A stretch of DNA of 64,000 bases from Patescibacteria group bacterium (GCA_038064195.1 JBBTTO010000002.1:333356-397355), one strand, 5' to 3'. Shown: positions 45,461 through 56,995, counted from the stretch's first letter. Program-made: numbers and translations. The notes: generated by a model from the letters alone, not told the origin.

Positions 45461-46339
45461 GTGAGATACTTCATTCAAGTTTTTTCTCTCAGCAGTTTCT
45501 TCTTTTTTGTCTCATTATTTACTACAAGTTCAGTTTTCGCTGCCTTTTCGTTAAATATTTCAAACATCAATCCCGATAATGTTTCTGATAGCGAACAAGA
45601 AGTATCAGTGACAATTTCTTTAACCGATTTGCCGAGTGAATCTTACTTTCGCGTCGGGTGGCAAGAATCCTCTGGAAAACCGTACTTCGGGTTTATAAAA
45701 AATGATAACGAAAGTTGGGTCAAAGTGGAGTCAAGTCAAGATTGCAAGAGTTACTATAAAGTCTCGGATTTGACCAAACAATCTATTACGATAATCACGA
45801 AGATTGGCCAGGATAATACTCCAACGAATGGATCCTATTTGTTGAAAGCTAGGAGATATACTGCGACTTGCTCGTCTGAAACAGACAGTGAATCTGTCTC
45901 TATCCAACTCAATCTTCCTACTCCCACTTCGACTCCGACTGATATTCCCACCCCCACACGTACCCCTACTCCTACGAAAGAACCGACTCCGACCAAAGTG
46001 CCAACCCCTACTAAGACGCCAACCCCCACCAAATCTCCGACAGCAACACCAACGTCAGCTGTCGTTAAACCTACTCCGACTAAGAAAGCGGCAAGTACTC
46101 AACCGTCAAGCGATAGCGAGGGGGCAGTCATAAGTGACTATCCGACTGCAGTTCTGGGTGTAAATACGAAAGCGGATACTCCTACTCCTTCTCCGACGCC
46201 TTCTCTTCGTGTAGCAAGCGCTCAATCTCCAGTTAGTCTTATTACGCTTATATTTTGCGGGGTAGGAGGAATACTCCTTGTTACCTGTGGTATACTCGTC
46301 TATCTAAAGAAGAAAAAAGGGGGTTTTAGCCGATTATGA
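45461..46339 (+). CDS. Exported Pro/Thr-rich protein with C-terminal TM anchor
   Basis: Signal peptide, (PTPT)n linker, TM followed by KKKK. Confidence 0.8.
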   Translation: MRYFIQVFSLSSFFFFVSLFTTSSVFAAFSLNISNINPDNVSDSEQEVSVTISLTDLPSESYFRVGWQESSGKPYFGFIKNDNESWVKVESSQDCKSYYKVSDLTKQSITIITKIGQDNTPTNGSYLLKARRYTATCSSETDSESVSIQLNLPTPTSTPTDIPTPTRTPTPTKEPTPTKVPTPTKTPTPTKSPTATPTSAVVKPTPTKKAASTQPSSDSEGAVISDYPTAVLGVNTKADTPTPSPTPSLRVASAQSPVSLITLIFCGVGGILLVTCGILVYLKKKKGGFSRL

Positions 46340-46758
46340 TAACAACACATAGTACAGAAGAGACGTATGCTTATGCCAAAAAAATTAGTGAGACACTCAA
46401 ACCGGGAGATATTATAACGCTGCAAGGAGATTTAGGAAGCGGTAAGACAACTTTCACCCAAGGTTTGGGTAAAGCTTTAGGTATTACCAGACCGATTACC
46501 TCCCCGACCTTTTTGTTCATAAAAAGTTACAGTATAGAAAAAGGCGTGATAAAAAAGCTCTATCATGTTGATCTTTATCGGATAGAGAAAGAGGAAGATA
46601 TCAAAGGTTTGGGTCTTATGGAAATGCTCTCTGATTCTGAAGCGATAACAGTTATCGAATGGCCTGAGAAAATGGGAAGTTTACTCCCCCAGAGAAGAAT
46701 TGCGTTAGAATTTGAATATGTTGATGAAAATACGAGGAGGATAGAAGTTAGGTCTTAG
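46336..46758 (+). CDS. tsaE: tRNA t6A biosynthesis ATPase TsaE
   Basis: GDLGSGKTTF, SPTF, HVDLYR, IEWPE. Confidence 0.96.
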   Translation: MITTHSTEETYAYAKKISETLKPGDIITLQGDLGSGKTTFTQGLGKALGITRPITSPTFLFIKSYSIEKGVIKKLYHVDLYRIEKEEDIKGLGLMEMLSDSEAITVIEWPEKMGSLLPQRRIALEFEYVDENTRRIEVRS

Positions 46759-46775
46759 GCCTTGGATCGTAGGGT
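46748..46775. repeat. Degenerate 7-mer array (ttaggtc-type) overlapping the tsaE stop
   Basis: ttaggtc|ttaggcc|ttggatc|gtagggt; shares gaagttaggtct with the array at 58866-58900. Confidence 0.6.
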
Positions 46776-46790
46776 TGAATAGGATTTTTT

Positions 46791-47375
46791 ATGGATCAAA
46801 CTCTTGAAAAAGCAATTCAGGTATTAAAAAGTGGGGGGATTGTGATTTTCCCGACTGACACGGCCTTTGGCGTTGGTTGTCGAATTGATGATGAACGCGC
46901 AATTGAAAAGCTTTTTCGAATCAGGCAACGAGCGAGTAATAAGCCAACACCTGTTCTATTCTCGTCAATTGGTCAAGTGAAAGAGTATACTGAGAATTTT
47001 CCGGAGGGTGTTGAAGAGTTGATGGAGAAGTACTGGCCGGGAGCTTTAACAATTGTGCTGCCTGCAAATAAGTCACGGATTCCTAAACTGGTTCGTGGAG
47101 GAGGAGAAAATATCGGCTGTCGAATTCCATCCCATCCTGCAGTTTTGCAAATTATCAAAGAAGTAGGAGTGCCAATCCTGGGGACATCGGCTAATTTCAA
47201 TGGCGAGCCAACTCCTTATACTACCGAGGATCTTGACCCGAAGTTAGTTAATCTCGTTGATTTCGTAGTTCCAGGATTGACGTCTGTACACAAAGAATCA
47301 ACAGTTATAGATTGTACTCAGAAGCCATGGAAGATACTGAGACAAGGCTTTGTTGAATTAATAATTAAGAATTAA
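46791..47375 (+). CDS. tsaC: Threonylcarbamoyl-AMP synthase (TsaC/YrdC)
   Basis: FPTDTAFG, WPGALT, RIP.HP, TSAN, STVID, ILRQG. Confidence 0.95.
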   Translation: MDQTLEKAIQVLKSGGIVIFPTDTAFGVGCRIDDERAIEKLFRIRQRASNKPTPVLFSSIGQVKEYTENFPEGVEELMEKYWPGALTIVLPANKSRIPKLVRGGGENIGCRIPSHPAVLQIIKEVGVPILGTSANFNGEPTPYTTEDLDPKLVNLVDFVVPGLTSVHKESTVIDCTQKPWKILRQGFVELIIKN

Positions 47376-47386
47376 GAATGAAAAAT
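47355..47386. repeat. 7-mer array (gaattaa) spanning the tsaC stop and tsaB start
   Basis: gaattaa|taattaa|gaattaa|gaatgaa; same unit as the rpsL leader array. Confidence 0.6.
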
Positions 47387-47698
47387 ATTGTTTTATCGAT
47401 AGACACATCACATCACAACAAGTTGATTGTTTCGCTTACCAAAGATGGAGAGAAGAAGGTTTTTGAAGAAGCATTTGATTATCATAAGTCACAGGGAGTT
47501 TTGCCGCTTGTTGAAAAGACACTTAAGAAGGAGGGTTTAGAGTTCTCCGACTTGACTGGGATTGAGGTCAATACCGGCCCAGGTTCTTTTACCGGCCTGC
47601 GCGTCGGAGTCACCATTGCCAACACACTGGCCACTATTTTGCAGATTCCTCTTAACGGGAAAACAGTCGGAGAATTAGCAGCCCCTGTCTATTCATAG
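47378..47698 (+). CDS. tsaB: Short TsaB (N-terminal domain only)
   Basis: LSIDTS, GPGSFTGLRVG; 106 aa. Confidence 0.88.
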   Translation: MKNIVLSIDTSHHNKLIVSLTKDGEKKVFEEAFDYHKSQGVLPLVEKTLKKEGLEFSDLTGIEVNTGPGSFTGLRVGVTIANTLATILQIPLNGKTVGELAAPVYS

Positions 47699-47754
47699 GG
47701 CAATTTATTTTTTGCAATTTGAAAAAGAAGCTGTCATAGTAGGTATATCTGCCT

Positions 47755-48708
47755 ATGATAGATTTTCTGCACCATCTTTTTTTACCTCGTGAATCCAACA
47801 ATCACCGCGCTAAATTGCTTCATCACTCAAGCCTCCTAGTCCTTATCATCGGCCTTTTCATATTCGGTGCAGGATTCAGTTTTACCGCTTCGCATAACGA
47901 GGCCGTTTTGGGTATCAGCTACTCAATTACTCCTCATGAGCTTTTGATCCTGACTAATCAAAAAAGACAGGATGCGGGACTACCACCTCTTACGATGAAT
48001 GATGCCTTGACCCAAGCCGCTACTCGAAAAGCTCAGGATATGTTAACGAAAAATTATTGGGCACATATTGCCCCTGATGGTACAACTCCCTGGTATTTTA
48101 TTAAAAGTTCGGGTTACGAATATATTTATGCCGGCGAGAATTTGGCCAGAGGATTTTATTCAACAGGGGATGTCGTTAACGCCTGGATGGCCAGTCCGAG
48201 TCATCGGGAGAATGTGCTCTCCCCGAATTATAAAGATGTCGGTTTTTCGATCCAGGAAGGACCTTTGACAGGTGACGAGACGGTCCTGGTCGTCCAAGAA
48301 TTCGGAAGTACCCGTTCAACTACAACTGCAGTTCAAACGGAATCTGCTCCTCAGGTCACACCGGAGGTGCCACGTGTTACACCTGTTGTCGTTATTGCAG
48401 TTGACTTGCCTACTCCGACTCCCACAACTCTTCCTCCTCAATCACCTACACCGACTGTTGTTTCGGCTCCTATGTCACAATCACAAGTTGCTGCGTACAG
48501 GAATGATCCGCTCATCAATAAGCCGCAAGCTCAAAAAAGTATTGCACTCTTTATTATTTTAGGGCTTCTTTTCCTTCTCATACTTGATATTGTTATTACC
48601 AAGAAAAAGGGAATTACGAGAATACTTTCACATAATCTTGATCATGTTATTTTCTTTGGGATATTACTTATAATAATTATTCTGATTACTAAAGGAGGAG
48701 TTCTCTAA
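47755..48708 (+). CDS. CAP/SCP-domain membrane protein
   Basis: LTNQKR, AQDM...YWAH, AGENLA, WMASPSHRENVL; PT linker and C-terminal TMs. Confidence 0.9.
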   Translation: MIDFLHHLFLPRESNNHRAKLLHHSSLLVLIIGLFIFGAGFSFTASHNEAVLGISYSITPHELLILTNQKRQDAGLPPLTMNDALTQAATRKAQDMLTKNYWAHIAPDGTTPWYFIKSSGYEYIYAGENLARGFYSTGDVVNAWMASPSHRENVLSPNYKDVGFSIQEGPLTGDETVLVVQEFGSTRSTTTAVQTESAPQVTPEVPRVTPVVVIAVDLPTPTPTTLPPQSPTPTVVSAPMSQSQVAAYRNDPLINKPQAQKSIALFIILGLLFLLILDIVITKKKGITRILSHNLDHVIFFGILLIIIILITKGGVL

Positions 48709-48962
48709 TGATACGACCGGACAAGCATTATCTTTACTATCTGTTTCTTCTTGTTATGGAAGCTTTAATCGGCGCTTTGATAATCATGTCCCAGGGTGAC
48801 AGATATATGCAGCTAGTTTATGGACTTTTTGCAGCCATAATCTATGTTGTCTGGGGAATTATTCATCACCTGATTAATCATACATTGCACAAAAAAGTGG
48901 TGATAGAGTATCTCCTCATGGGAGCTGTCGGAGTAAGTGTACTCTACTTTTTTCTCCGTTAG
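48708..48962 (+). CDS. Small 3-TM hypothetical protein
   Basis: Hydrophobic, YVVWGIIHH...VVIEY; coupled to the previous stop codon. Confidence 0.75.
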   Translation: MIRPDKHYLYYLFLLVMEALIGALIIMSQGDRYMQLVYGLFAAIIYVVWGIIHHLINHTLHKKVVIEYLLMGAVGVSVLYFFLR

Positions 48963-49594
48963 TCTTTAAGCCAGGGGAACTGTGAGAAATCTACTTCTGT
49001 CGAGAATTTTTCTTTAAGTGTCGGATAACCCATATCTTTTTCACTGACTATGGGGTCTTTAACAGGCCAACCACCGAATTGTCGTGTCAATAGGGGATCA
49101 TTAAAATTGACTGCAGGAGTTGGTTTGCCTTCATAATAGCCTGTAATCATATAGAGGTATTCAGCATCCTCTGTCCCAGTGTTACAAAACGAATTACCCA
49201 TGCCAAGAGGTAGATAAAGAGTGCGTCTTTTAGTATCTCCTAACTCAACTTTGACAGCTTTTCCAAAGGTTGGTGAGTCGGTTCGGAAATCGACTATGAC
49301 CGCCAGAACTTCCCCTTTAACCACATAGATGATTTTCTCCCAAGGTTCGGAGTGGAAGCCGCGGATGACTCGTGGCTTTGATCGGGAATGATTCCACTGA
49401 GTAATGGCAATTTTTTTATCGAGAACCTTTTCAAAATCACGAAGCTCAACAGCTTCATGAAAAAAACCGCGATTGTCTTCAATAGTCGGACGTTCTGATA
49501 TAAGAAGCCCGGGAATATCGGTTGCATGAATATGCTCCGGCCACTCAGAATTTGAGGGGGAAAAGCCTGTGCCAAATGCCGTTTTATTCACCAT
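48959..49594 (-). CDS. rmlC: dTDP-4-dehydrorhamnose 3,5-epimerase family (cupin)
   Basis: DNRGFFHE, SRS..RVIRGFH, VDFR.DSPTFG, SEKD; start at MVNK. Confidence 0.88.
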   Translation of the reverse strand: MVNKTAFGTGFSPSNSEWPEHIHATDIPGLLISERPTIEDNRGFFHEAVELRDFEKVLDKKIAITQWNHSRSKPRVIRGFHSEPWEKIIYVVKGEVLAVIVDFRTDSPTFGKAVKVELGDTKRRTLYLPLGMGNSFCNTGTEDAEYLYMITGYYEGKPTPAVNFNDPLLTRQFGGWPVKDPIVSEKDMGYPTLKEKFSTEVDFSQFPWLKD

Positions 49595-49667
49595 AACAGC
49601 ATCACTATAGCAAATTATTATTGAGTTGACAAACAATCCTATGTCACCTAAGATAGAAAAAGTTTGT

Positions 49668-50690
49668 ATGAAATTACTCGTTACCGGTGGTGCAGGTTTT
49701 ATCGGTTCGCACTTTATTAATTACTGGATGCTCCACCACCCGGATGATCAAGTTATTAATCTTGATACGTTAACCTACGCCGGAAATTTAGAAAACCTCA
49801 AAAACGTTCAACATAACCCCAACTATCGTTTTGTTAAAGGGGATATCACTGATATGGCTCTCGTTGAGGCGATGATGAAAGGTGTTGATATCGTCGTCCA
49901 TTTTGCAGCTGAGACACATGTCGATCGCTCAATCATGGATCCCTGGCCTTTTATCCAATCAAATTTGGTGGGTACGTATACACTGCTTGAGGTGGCTAAG
50001 AAAAATAAGGTGAAGAGGTTCCATCATATTTCAACTGATGAGGTGTTTGGGACGCTTGAGATTGGTAAAGATCAAAAGTTTGATGAAGAAACGAAATACG
50101 ACCCCCGCAGTCCGTATTCAGCAACGAAAGCAGGATCTGACCACCTTGTGAGGTCATATTACTATACCTATGATCTGCCAATAACTATCAGTAACTGTTC
50201 CAATAATTTCGGTCCCGCGATGTACCCTGAAAAGCTTATCCCACTAGCTATAACTAATATCATTGAACATAAAAAAGTACCAGTACACGGGGACGGGAAA
50301 AATGAAAGGGACTGGCTTTTTGTGGAAGATCATATCACAGCAATTGAACGAATCCTGGAGAAGGGTAAGATAGGTGAGACGTATCTGGTCGGAGGACTTG
50401 TCAAAGGCATGTCAAACTTGGAGACAGTGCAAAAAATTATTACTCTGATGGGTGAGAGTCAGGATCTGATTCAGTTAGTTAAAGATCGGCCGGGTAATGA
50501 TCGAAAATATGATATAAACTGGCAAAAAATCCATCGTGAGCTCGGTTGGCAGCCAAAGTACACCATGGATGAAGCCTTGAAGATTACTATAGAGTGGTAT
50601 CAGAATAATCAGGATTGGTGGCGAAAAATTAAATCCGGAGAATTTAAGGATTATTATGACAAACAATTCGGCGATCAAGGGCTCATCTAA
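49668..50690 (+). CDS. rmlB: dTDP-glucose 4,6-dehydratase
   Basis: LVTGGAGFIGS, LTYAGN, AAETHVDRSI, STDEV, YSATK. Confidence 0.95.
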   Translation: MKLLVTGGAGFIGSHFINYWMLHHPDDQVINLDTLTYAGNLENLKNVQHNPNYRFVKGDITDMALVEAMMKGVDIVVHFAAETHVDRSIMDPWPFIQSNLVGTYTLLEVAKKNKVKRFHHISTDEVFGTLEIGKDQKFDEETKYDPRSPYSATKAGSDHLVRSYYYTYDLPITISNCSNNFGPAMYPEKLIPLAITNIIEHKKVPVHGDGKNERDWLFVEDHITAIERILEKGKIGETYLVGGLVKGMSNLETVQKIITLMGESQDLIQLVKDRPGNDRKYDINWQKIHRELGWQPKYTMDEALKITIEWYQNNQDWWRKIKSGEFKDYYDKQFGDQGLI

Positions 50691-50702
50691 TATCTCCATC
50701 TT

Positions 50703-51584
50703 ATGAAAATCTTTGGAACAGGGTTATCAGGCTTACTCGGTACACGCATTGTAGAACTTCTCCAGGCAACGCATGCATTTTCAGATAATAGTAGGGCGAA
50801 CGGGGTTGATATCACAGACAGTGAGCAAATACGCAAAGCAATAAACAGCTCGGATGCAGAAGTCGTCCTCCATTTGGCAGCTTACACCAACGTTAAAGCA
50901 GCAGAGCTGGAGCGCGATTTAGGTGAGCAAAGTGAATCATGGAAAATCAACGTGATCGGGACCGAAAATGTTGCTCGAGCCTGTAAAGAAGCGGGCAAGA
51001 AGCTTATTTTTACATCCAGCGATATGGTCTTTGATGGGGAAAATACACCAGAGGGCGGGTATACAGAGGAGGCAAAGCCTCACCCGCTGAGTTGGTATGC
51101 TAAGACCAAATATGAAGGGGAATTGCGTGTCCAGGCCCTTACTACTCCCTGGATTATTATACGTCCTGCCTACCCTTATAGAGCCCGATTTGAAAAAAAT
51201 GATTTCGTCAGGCTTTTTATGCAGAAACTGTCTCAGGGCGAGCAACTGACCGTACTTACCGACCGTATTATTACCCCTGTCTTTATTGACGATCTGGCTC
51301 CTGCTTTGGATGCACTTTTAATGCAAAATGCAGAGGGCATTTATCATACTGTCGGGAGTACCCAACTTAGTATTTTTGAGGCAGCTGAGCAGATCGCTGA
51401 GTGTTTTAACTACGACAAAAAATTAATCGGTCAGACAACGCGAGCCGAATTCCTGGTAGGACGTCCACCTGAGCCCTTTAATTCGGCGCTTAATAATGCT
51501 AAAATTAAGCGACTTGGCGTTGAGATGAGAACTTTTCGAGAAGGGCTTGAAGAAATTAAAAAACAACAGGCGACTGTAAATTAA
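50703..51584 (+). CDS. rmlD: dTDP-4-dehydrorhamnose reductase
   Basis: GLSGLLG, AAYTNV, SSDMVFDG, YAKTKYEGE. Confidence 0.88.
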   Translation: MKIFGTGLSGLLGTRIVELLQATHAFSDNSRANGVDITDSEQIRKAINSSDAEVVLHLAAYTNVKAAELERDLGEQSESWKINVIGTENVARACKEAGKKLIFTSSDMVFDGENTPEGGYTEEAKPHPLSWYAKTKYEGELRVQALTTPWIIIRPAYPYRARFEKNDFVRLFMQKLSQGEQLTVLTDRIITPVFIDDLAPALDALLMQNAEGIYHTVGSTQLSIFEAAEQIAECFNYDKKLIGQTTRAEFLVGRPPEPFNSALNNAKIKRLGVEMRTFREGLEEIKKQQATVN

Positions 51585-51595
51585 TTTTTTAAACT

Positions 51596-52894
51596 ATGAC
51601 GATAACATTTGTGGGACATGGGTATGTAGGCCTCGTTAGCGCGGCAGTTTTTGCGGATCTTGGGAATACCGTCTGGGTCATAGGGCATACGGCAGAAAAA
51701 ATTGAGAATCTTAAGAAGGGTATTATCCCCATCTATGAACCCGGGCTTGAGGAATTGGTCAAACGAAATGTCGATGCGGGCAGGCTTCTTTTTACGCTTG
51801 ATTATGCTCCCGGAGTAGCTGCATCGGATGTCATCTTCATCGCAGTCGGAACTCCTCCGAAAAAAACAGGAGAGGCGGATTTATCAGTAGTCTACGACGT
51901 GGCAAAAAAAATTGGGCAACATCTAGATGGATATAGCGTGGTCATTACAAAGAGTACTGTTCCTATCGGTACCAATCGTGAAATCCAAAGAATTGTTAAT
52001 AAGGCAAAACCCCTCAAAGCTGAATTTGATATAGCATCAGTCCCTGAATTTCTGCGCGAGGGTCAGGCAATTGGAGATACACAACATCCAGATCGCGTAG
52101 TGATAGGCACAGATTCTGATAAAGCTCGGGATTTGCTTGTCGAGCTCCATAAGCCTTTAGACGGTGAGCGTGTCCTCACGACTATTGAGACTGCTGAAAT
52201 GATTAAATACGCTGCTAACTCTTTCCTGGCAACAAAAATTTCTTTCGCTAATGCAATTGCGCAGCTTTCAGAAGAATTAGGAGCAATAGGCCCTAAGGTG
52301 CTTGAGGGTATTGGTCTTGATAAAAGGATCGGCAAGGCATTCCTGAATGCGGGCGTTGGATATGGTGGAAGTTGCTTTCCTAAAGACGTGAAAGCTCTTA
52401 TCGCAATTGCCAATCAAAATAACTATGATTTCTCACTTCTTAAGGAAGTTGAGGCAATTAATCATTTTTCTATGGTGAGGACAGTCCATAAAGCCAAGAA
52501 AATGCTAGGTGATCTTAGTGGTAAAACAATTGCCGTCCTCGGCCTGGCGTTCAAACCTGACACTGATGACATGCGTGATGCTCCGTCCCTGGTGATTATT
52601 CCTAAGCTTATCGAAGCAGGCGCTAAAGTTAAAACATTTGATCCGATTGCGCTTGAGAACGCAAAACGCCTGTTAAAAGACTGTGACGGGATCACATTTA
52701 CGAAAGATCCGTATGAAGCAATTAAAGACGCGGATTTGCTGCTTCTAGTTACTGAGTGGAATGAATTTAAGGAGCTTGATTTAGAAAAGGCCATTTCTCT
52801 TATGAAGCAGAAGTTCTTAATTGACGGACGTAATGTTTATGACCCTGAGGAAATGAAAAAATTGGGTTTTACCTACCAAGGTGTCGGGCAATGA
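51596..52894 (+). CDS. ugd: UDP-glucose/GDP-mannose 6-dehydrogenase
   Basis: GHGYVGL, IAVGTP, PEFLREG, GYGGSCFPKD. Confidence 0.93.
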   Translation: MTITFVGHGYVGLVSAAVFADLGNTVWVIGHTAEKIENLKKGIIPIYEPGLEELVKRNVDAGRLLFTLDYAPGVAASDVIFIAVGTPPKKTGEADLSVVYDVAKKIGQHLDGYSVVITKSTVPIGTNREIQRIVNKAKPLKAEFDIASVPEFLREGQAIGDTQHPDRVVIGTDSDKARDLLVELHKPLDGERVLTTIETAEMIKYAANSFLATKISFANAIAQLSEELGAIGPKVLEGIGLDKRIGKAFLNAGVGYGGSCFPKDVKALIAIANQNNYDFSLLKEVEAINHFSMVRTVHKAKKMLGDLSGKTIAVLGLAFKPDTDDMRDAPSLVIIPKLIEAGAKVKTFDPIALENAKRLLKDCDGITFTKDPYEAIKDADLLLLVTEWNEFKELDLEKAISLMKQKFLIDGRNVYDPEEMKKLGFTYQGVGQ

Positions 52895-53850
52895 AAAAGA
52901 TTTTAATAACCGGCATGACGGGGTTTGCCGGTCAATACCTCACAGAATTACTCCTTAAGGGTACGGACGTAGAAATTCACGGAACATACCACTCTGAAGA
53001 GGGGAGAGTGAGGCTCGGGGATCTGCTAGAGAAAGTCACGCTCCACCAGGCCGATTTAACCGTTAAGGAAGAAGTAGAAAAAGTAGTGAGTGCTGTCACT
53101 CCCGATGAGGTCTACCACTTAGCAGCCCAGACTTCGCCAAGCGAGAGTATGAAAGATCCGGCCGCGACTTTGATGACTAACACTTTGGCTGAATTATATC
53201 TTTTTGAAGCGCTGAAAAATCAAAATAAGCCGGAGACGAGGGTGCTGGCTGTAGCCTCGGCTGAGGTATATGGAGCTATAGATCCTAAGGATTTACCAAT
53301 AGATGAGGATACTCCCCTCCGTCCGACAACACCCTACGCGGTCTCAAAGATCACTCAGGATTACCTGGCTCTTCAGTATTTCCTCAGTCATAAAATGAAC
53401 ATTATCAGAGCCCGACCTTTTAATCATATGGGACCGCGTCAACAACAGAGATTCGTTTTACCCATGTTTGCCAAACAAGTCGCTGAGATTGATAAAGGTC
53501 TTAACGATCCCGTTATGAAGGTCGGGAATCTCAAAGCACGAAAAGATTTTACTGATGTACGGGATATCGTCAGGGCCTACGTGTTGCTTATGGAAAAAGG
53601 TGAGGCGGGGGAAGTCTATAACATCGGCTCGGGGAAGTCGGTTGCGATACAGGAGATGCTGGATATTTTACTTGGTATGACTGATAAAAAAATAAGCGTT
53701 GAAATAGACCAGGCGCTTTTCCGCCCTCTTGATACACCGGATGTGATTTGTGACTACAGCAAGCTTCGGGAACTGACCGGGTGGGAGCCTGAAATCAGCC
53801 TTGAAACAACATTGAGCGACACGCTTGAGTATTTTAAAAAAGTTGTATAG
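52891..53850 (+). CDS. GDP-4-keto-6-deoxy-D-mannose reductase-like SDR
   Basis: ITGMTGFAG, ASAEVYG, YAVSK, RPFNHMGP, KDFTDVRD; adjacent to gmd. Confidence 0.8.
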   Translation: MKKILITGMTGFAGQYLTELLLKGTDVEIHGTYHSEEGRVRLGDLLEKVTLHQADLTVKEEVEKVVSAVTPDEVYHLAAQTSPSESMKDPAATLMTNTLAELYLFEALKNQNKPETRVLAVASAEVYGAIDPKDLPIDEDTPLRPTTPYAVSKITQDYLALQYFLSHKMNIIRARPFNHMGPRQQQRFVLPMFAKQVAEIDKGLNDPVMKVGNLKARKDFTDVRDIVRAYVLLMEKGEAGEVYNIGSGKSVAIQEMLDILLGMTDKKISVEIDQALFRPLDTPDVICDYSKLRELTGWEPEISLETTLSDTLEYFKKVV

Positions 53851-53860
53851 AATAGGTTGA

Positions 53861-54847
<987 letters not shown>

Positions 54848-54902
54848 TTTGAACGAATTATCTCTGCTAGTGGGACGTCCTTTTTCTTGATACAATAATT
54901 TT

Positions 54903-55856
54903 ATGCAGACAATACTTGTAGCCGGAGGAGCCGGATTTATCGGATCACATTTATGTGAGAGCCTTCTTAAGGATGGGCATAAAGTAATTTGTGTAGATAA
55001 CCTTTTAACCGGCTCACGATCTAATATCGAGCACTTACTTGATAATCCCTTATTTTCATTTGTAAATCATAATGTCATTAGAGCCCTTCCCGATACAGAA
55101 CATATTGATGCGATTTTTCATTTGGCGTCTCCTGCATCCCCGAATCATCATAGTAAATTAAGTTACCACGCTCTGCCCATGGAGACAATGCTGGTGAATA
55201 CGCAAGGCACGCTCGAGCTGTTAAAAGTTGCCGAGAAAAATCAAGCTAAATTTCTTTTTGCTTCAACGTCTGAGGCATATGGAGATCCCTTAGAGCATCC
55301 TCAAACAGAGGAATATCGGGGTAATGTCTCTCCAATTGGCCCCAGAGCGGTGTATGATGAGGCTAAGCGATTCGGTGAAACAATCACGAGTTATTTTTGG
55401 CGTGAACGTCAGGTTGACGCGCGCATTGTCCGAATTTTTAATACATACGGACCCCGGTTATCAAAATCCGATATGCGGATGATCAGTGTCTTTATTATAC
55501 AGGCGTTTGGTGATAAGCCGATTACTATATTTGGTGACGGCACGCAGACCAGATCGTTATGCTATGTGGATGATTTGGTAGAAGGACTGGAGAGACTAAT
55601 GTTTTCAGCAAATACCAGAGGACAGGTTGTAAATCTGGGTTCTACAGAAGAACATACGGTTATAGAATATGCTACGATGGTAAAAGAACTGACTGGCTCA
55701 AAAAGTGAGATTGTCCATACGGAAGACCTACCTGAGGATGATCCGGTAAAAAGGCGTCCTGATATAAACAAAGCAAAAATGTTGCTTGATTGGGAACCGA
55801 AAGTAGGTCTTAAAGAAGGACTCCTGAAAATGATAGAGGACTATAAAAGTGTTTAA
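54903..55856 (+). CDS. UDP-glucuronate decarboxylase-like SDR
   Basis: GGAGFIGSHL, HLASPASP, STSEAYGDP, YDEAKR, RIFNTYGP. Confidence 0.9.
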   Translation: MQTILVAGGAGFIGSHLCESLLKDGHKVICVDNLLTGSRSNIEHLLDNPLFSFVNHNVIRALPDTEHIDAIFHLASPASPNHHSKLSYHALPMETMLVNTQGTLELLKVAEKNQAKFLFASTSEAYGDPLEHPQTEEYRGNVSPIGPRAVYDEAKRFGETITSYFWRERQVDARIVRIFNTYGPRLSKSDMRMISVFIIQAFGDKPITIFGDGTQTRSLCYVDDLVEGLERLMFSANTRGQVVNLGSTEEHTVIEYATMVKELTGSKSEIVHTEDLPEDDPVKRRPDINKAKMLLDWEPKVGLKEGLLKMIEDYKSV

Positions 55857-55864
55857 TAATTAGC

Positions 55865-56980
55865 ATGAAAATTGTTGTTATCATTCCCACCTATAACGAA
55901 AAAGCCAATATGGAGAAAATGATCCCGGTACTTGAGGGTGAAGTTTTCCCGAAGATTAAAGGCCATGAAATGGAAATACTTGTAGCAGATGACGGTTCGC
56001 CTGACGGGACAAGAGATGTCATCGAAGTGTATATGAAAAAATATAAAAATCTCCATCTCATCGAAGGGAAAAAAGAGGGACTTGGTGCTGCGTACGCCCG
56101 TGCCATGAAGAATTCGATGGAAGAGCTGGGTGCTGAAGCAGTCATCGAATTTGACGCGGATTTTCAACATGATCCGCATGATATCCCAAAACTCATTGCG
56201 GCGATGGATGAAGGCTATGACTATGTCATCGGAAGTCGCTATATCAAAGGAGGCCAAATACCCAAAGAATGGGGGATGGATCGGAAAATGTTGAGTATCT
56301 TCGGTTCACTTTTTACGCGAATTGTCTGGCTTACATTCAGCATTCATGACATGACCTCAGGCTTTAAATTAACAAAGACATCATATTTAAAGCAGATTGA
56401 TTTGGATAATCTTCTATCACAGGACTTTGCTTATAAAATGCATATTTTACATGATGTCGTAAAGCTCGGTGCTAAAGTAAAAGAAGTCCCGATTATTTTT
56501 TATGAAAGAACAGAAGGGGCAAGCAAAATAAATAAGAAGGATCAACTGGATTCGCTGTATGTGGTCTTGAGATTACGTGCCCGGGACTCTGAGAAATTCC
56601 TGAAATTTTTGGTTGTCGGAGGTTTCGGATTTCTGATTAATGCGATTATCTTAAGGCTCCTGGTCGACGGCGCGCACTGGAATCCGTCTTTGGCCAATTT
56701 AGTCGGTGCCGTAGCTGCAATATTCTCTAACTATAATTTCAATAATCTCTGGACTTTTAATACCAATAGAGCAAAAACAGTCGGTCAATACATAATAAAA
56801 TTACTTCAGTTCTATACAACTTCAGCCATTGGCGTAATTTTTATTCAGACAGGGACTATTTTTGTCGGCGACAGCCTCATCGGCAGGCAATTCTACTTTG
56901 AATATTTTCTCTTTGGAACATTTCTCCTCTTGATATGGAACTTTACTATTTATAACAAAATTATCTGGAAGAAAAAATAG
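55865..56980 (+). CDS. GT2 polyprenol-phosphate glycosyltransferase fused to a GtrA-type flippase domain
   Basis: IPTYNE, DDGSPDGT, DADFQH; C-terminal KFLVVG...NNLWTF 4-TM GtrA-like region. Confidence 0.9.
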   Translation: MKIVVIIPTYNEKANMEKMIPVLEGEVFPKIKGHEMEILVADDGSPDGTRDVIEVYMKKYKNLHLIEGKKEGLGAAYARAMKNSMEELGAEAVIEFDADFQHDPHDIPKLIAAMDEGYDYVIGSRYIKGGQIPKEWGMDRKMLSIFGSLFTRIVWLTFSIHDMTSGFKLTKTSYLKQIDLDNLLSQDFAYKMHILHDVVKLGAKVKEVPIIFYERTEGASKINKKDQLDSLYVVLRLRARDSEKFLKFLVVGGFGFLINAIILRLLVDGAHWNPSLANLVGAVAAIFSNYNFNNLWTFNTNRAKTVGQYIIKLLQFYTTSAIGVIFIQTGTIFVGDSLIGRQFYFEYFLFGTFLLLIWNFTIYNKIIWKKK

Positions 56981-56995
56981 TTCCCTCTGGCTGGT

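Noticed and set aside
45916-46085. (PTPT)n-encoding repeats as a DNA element
   Set aside because: Third codon positions vary freely, so the repeat is maintained at protein level as a linker.
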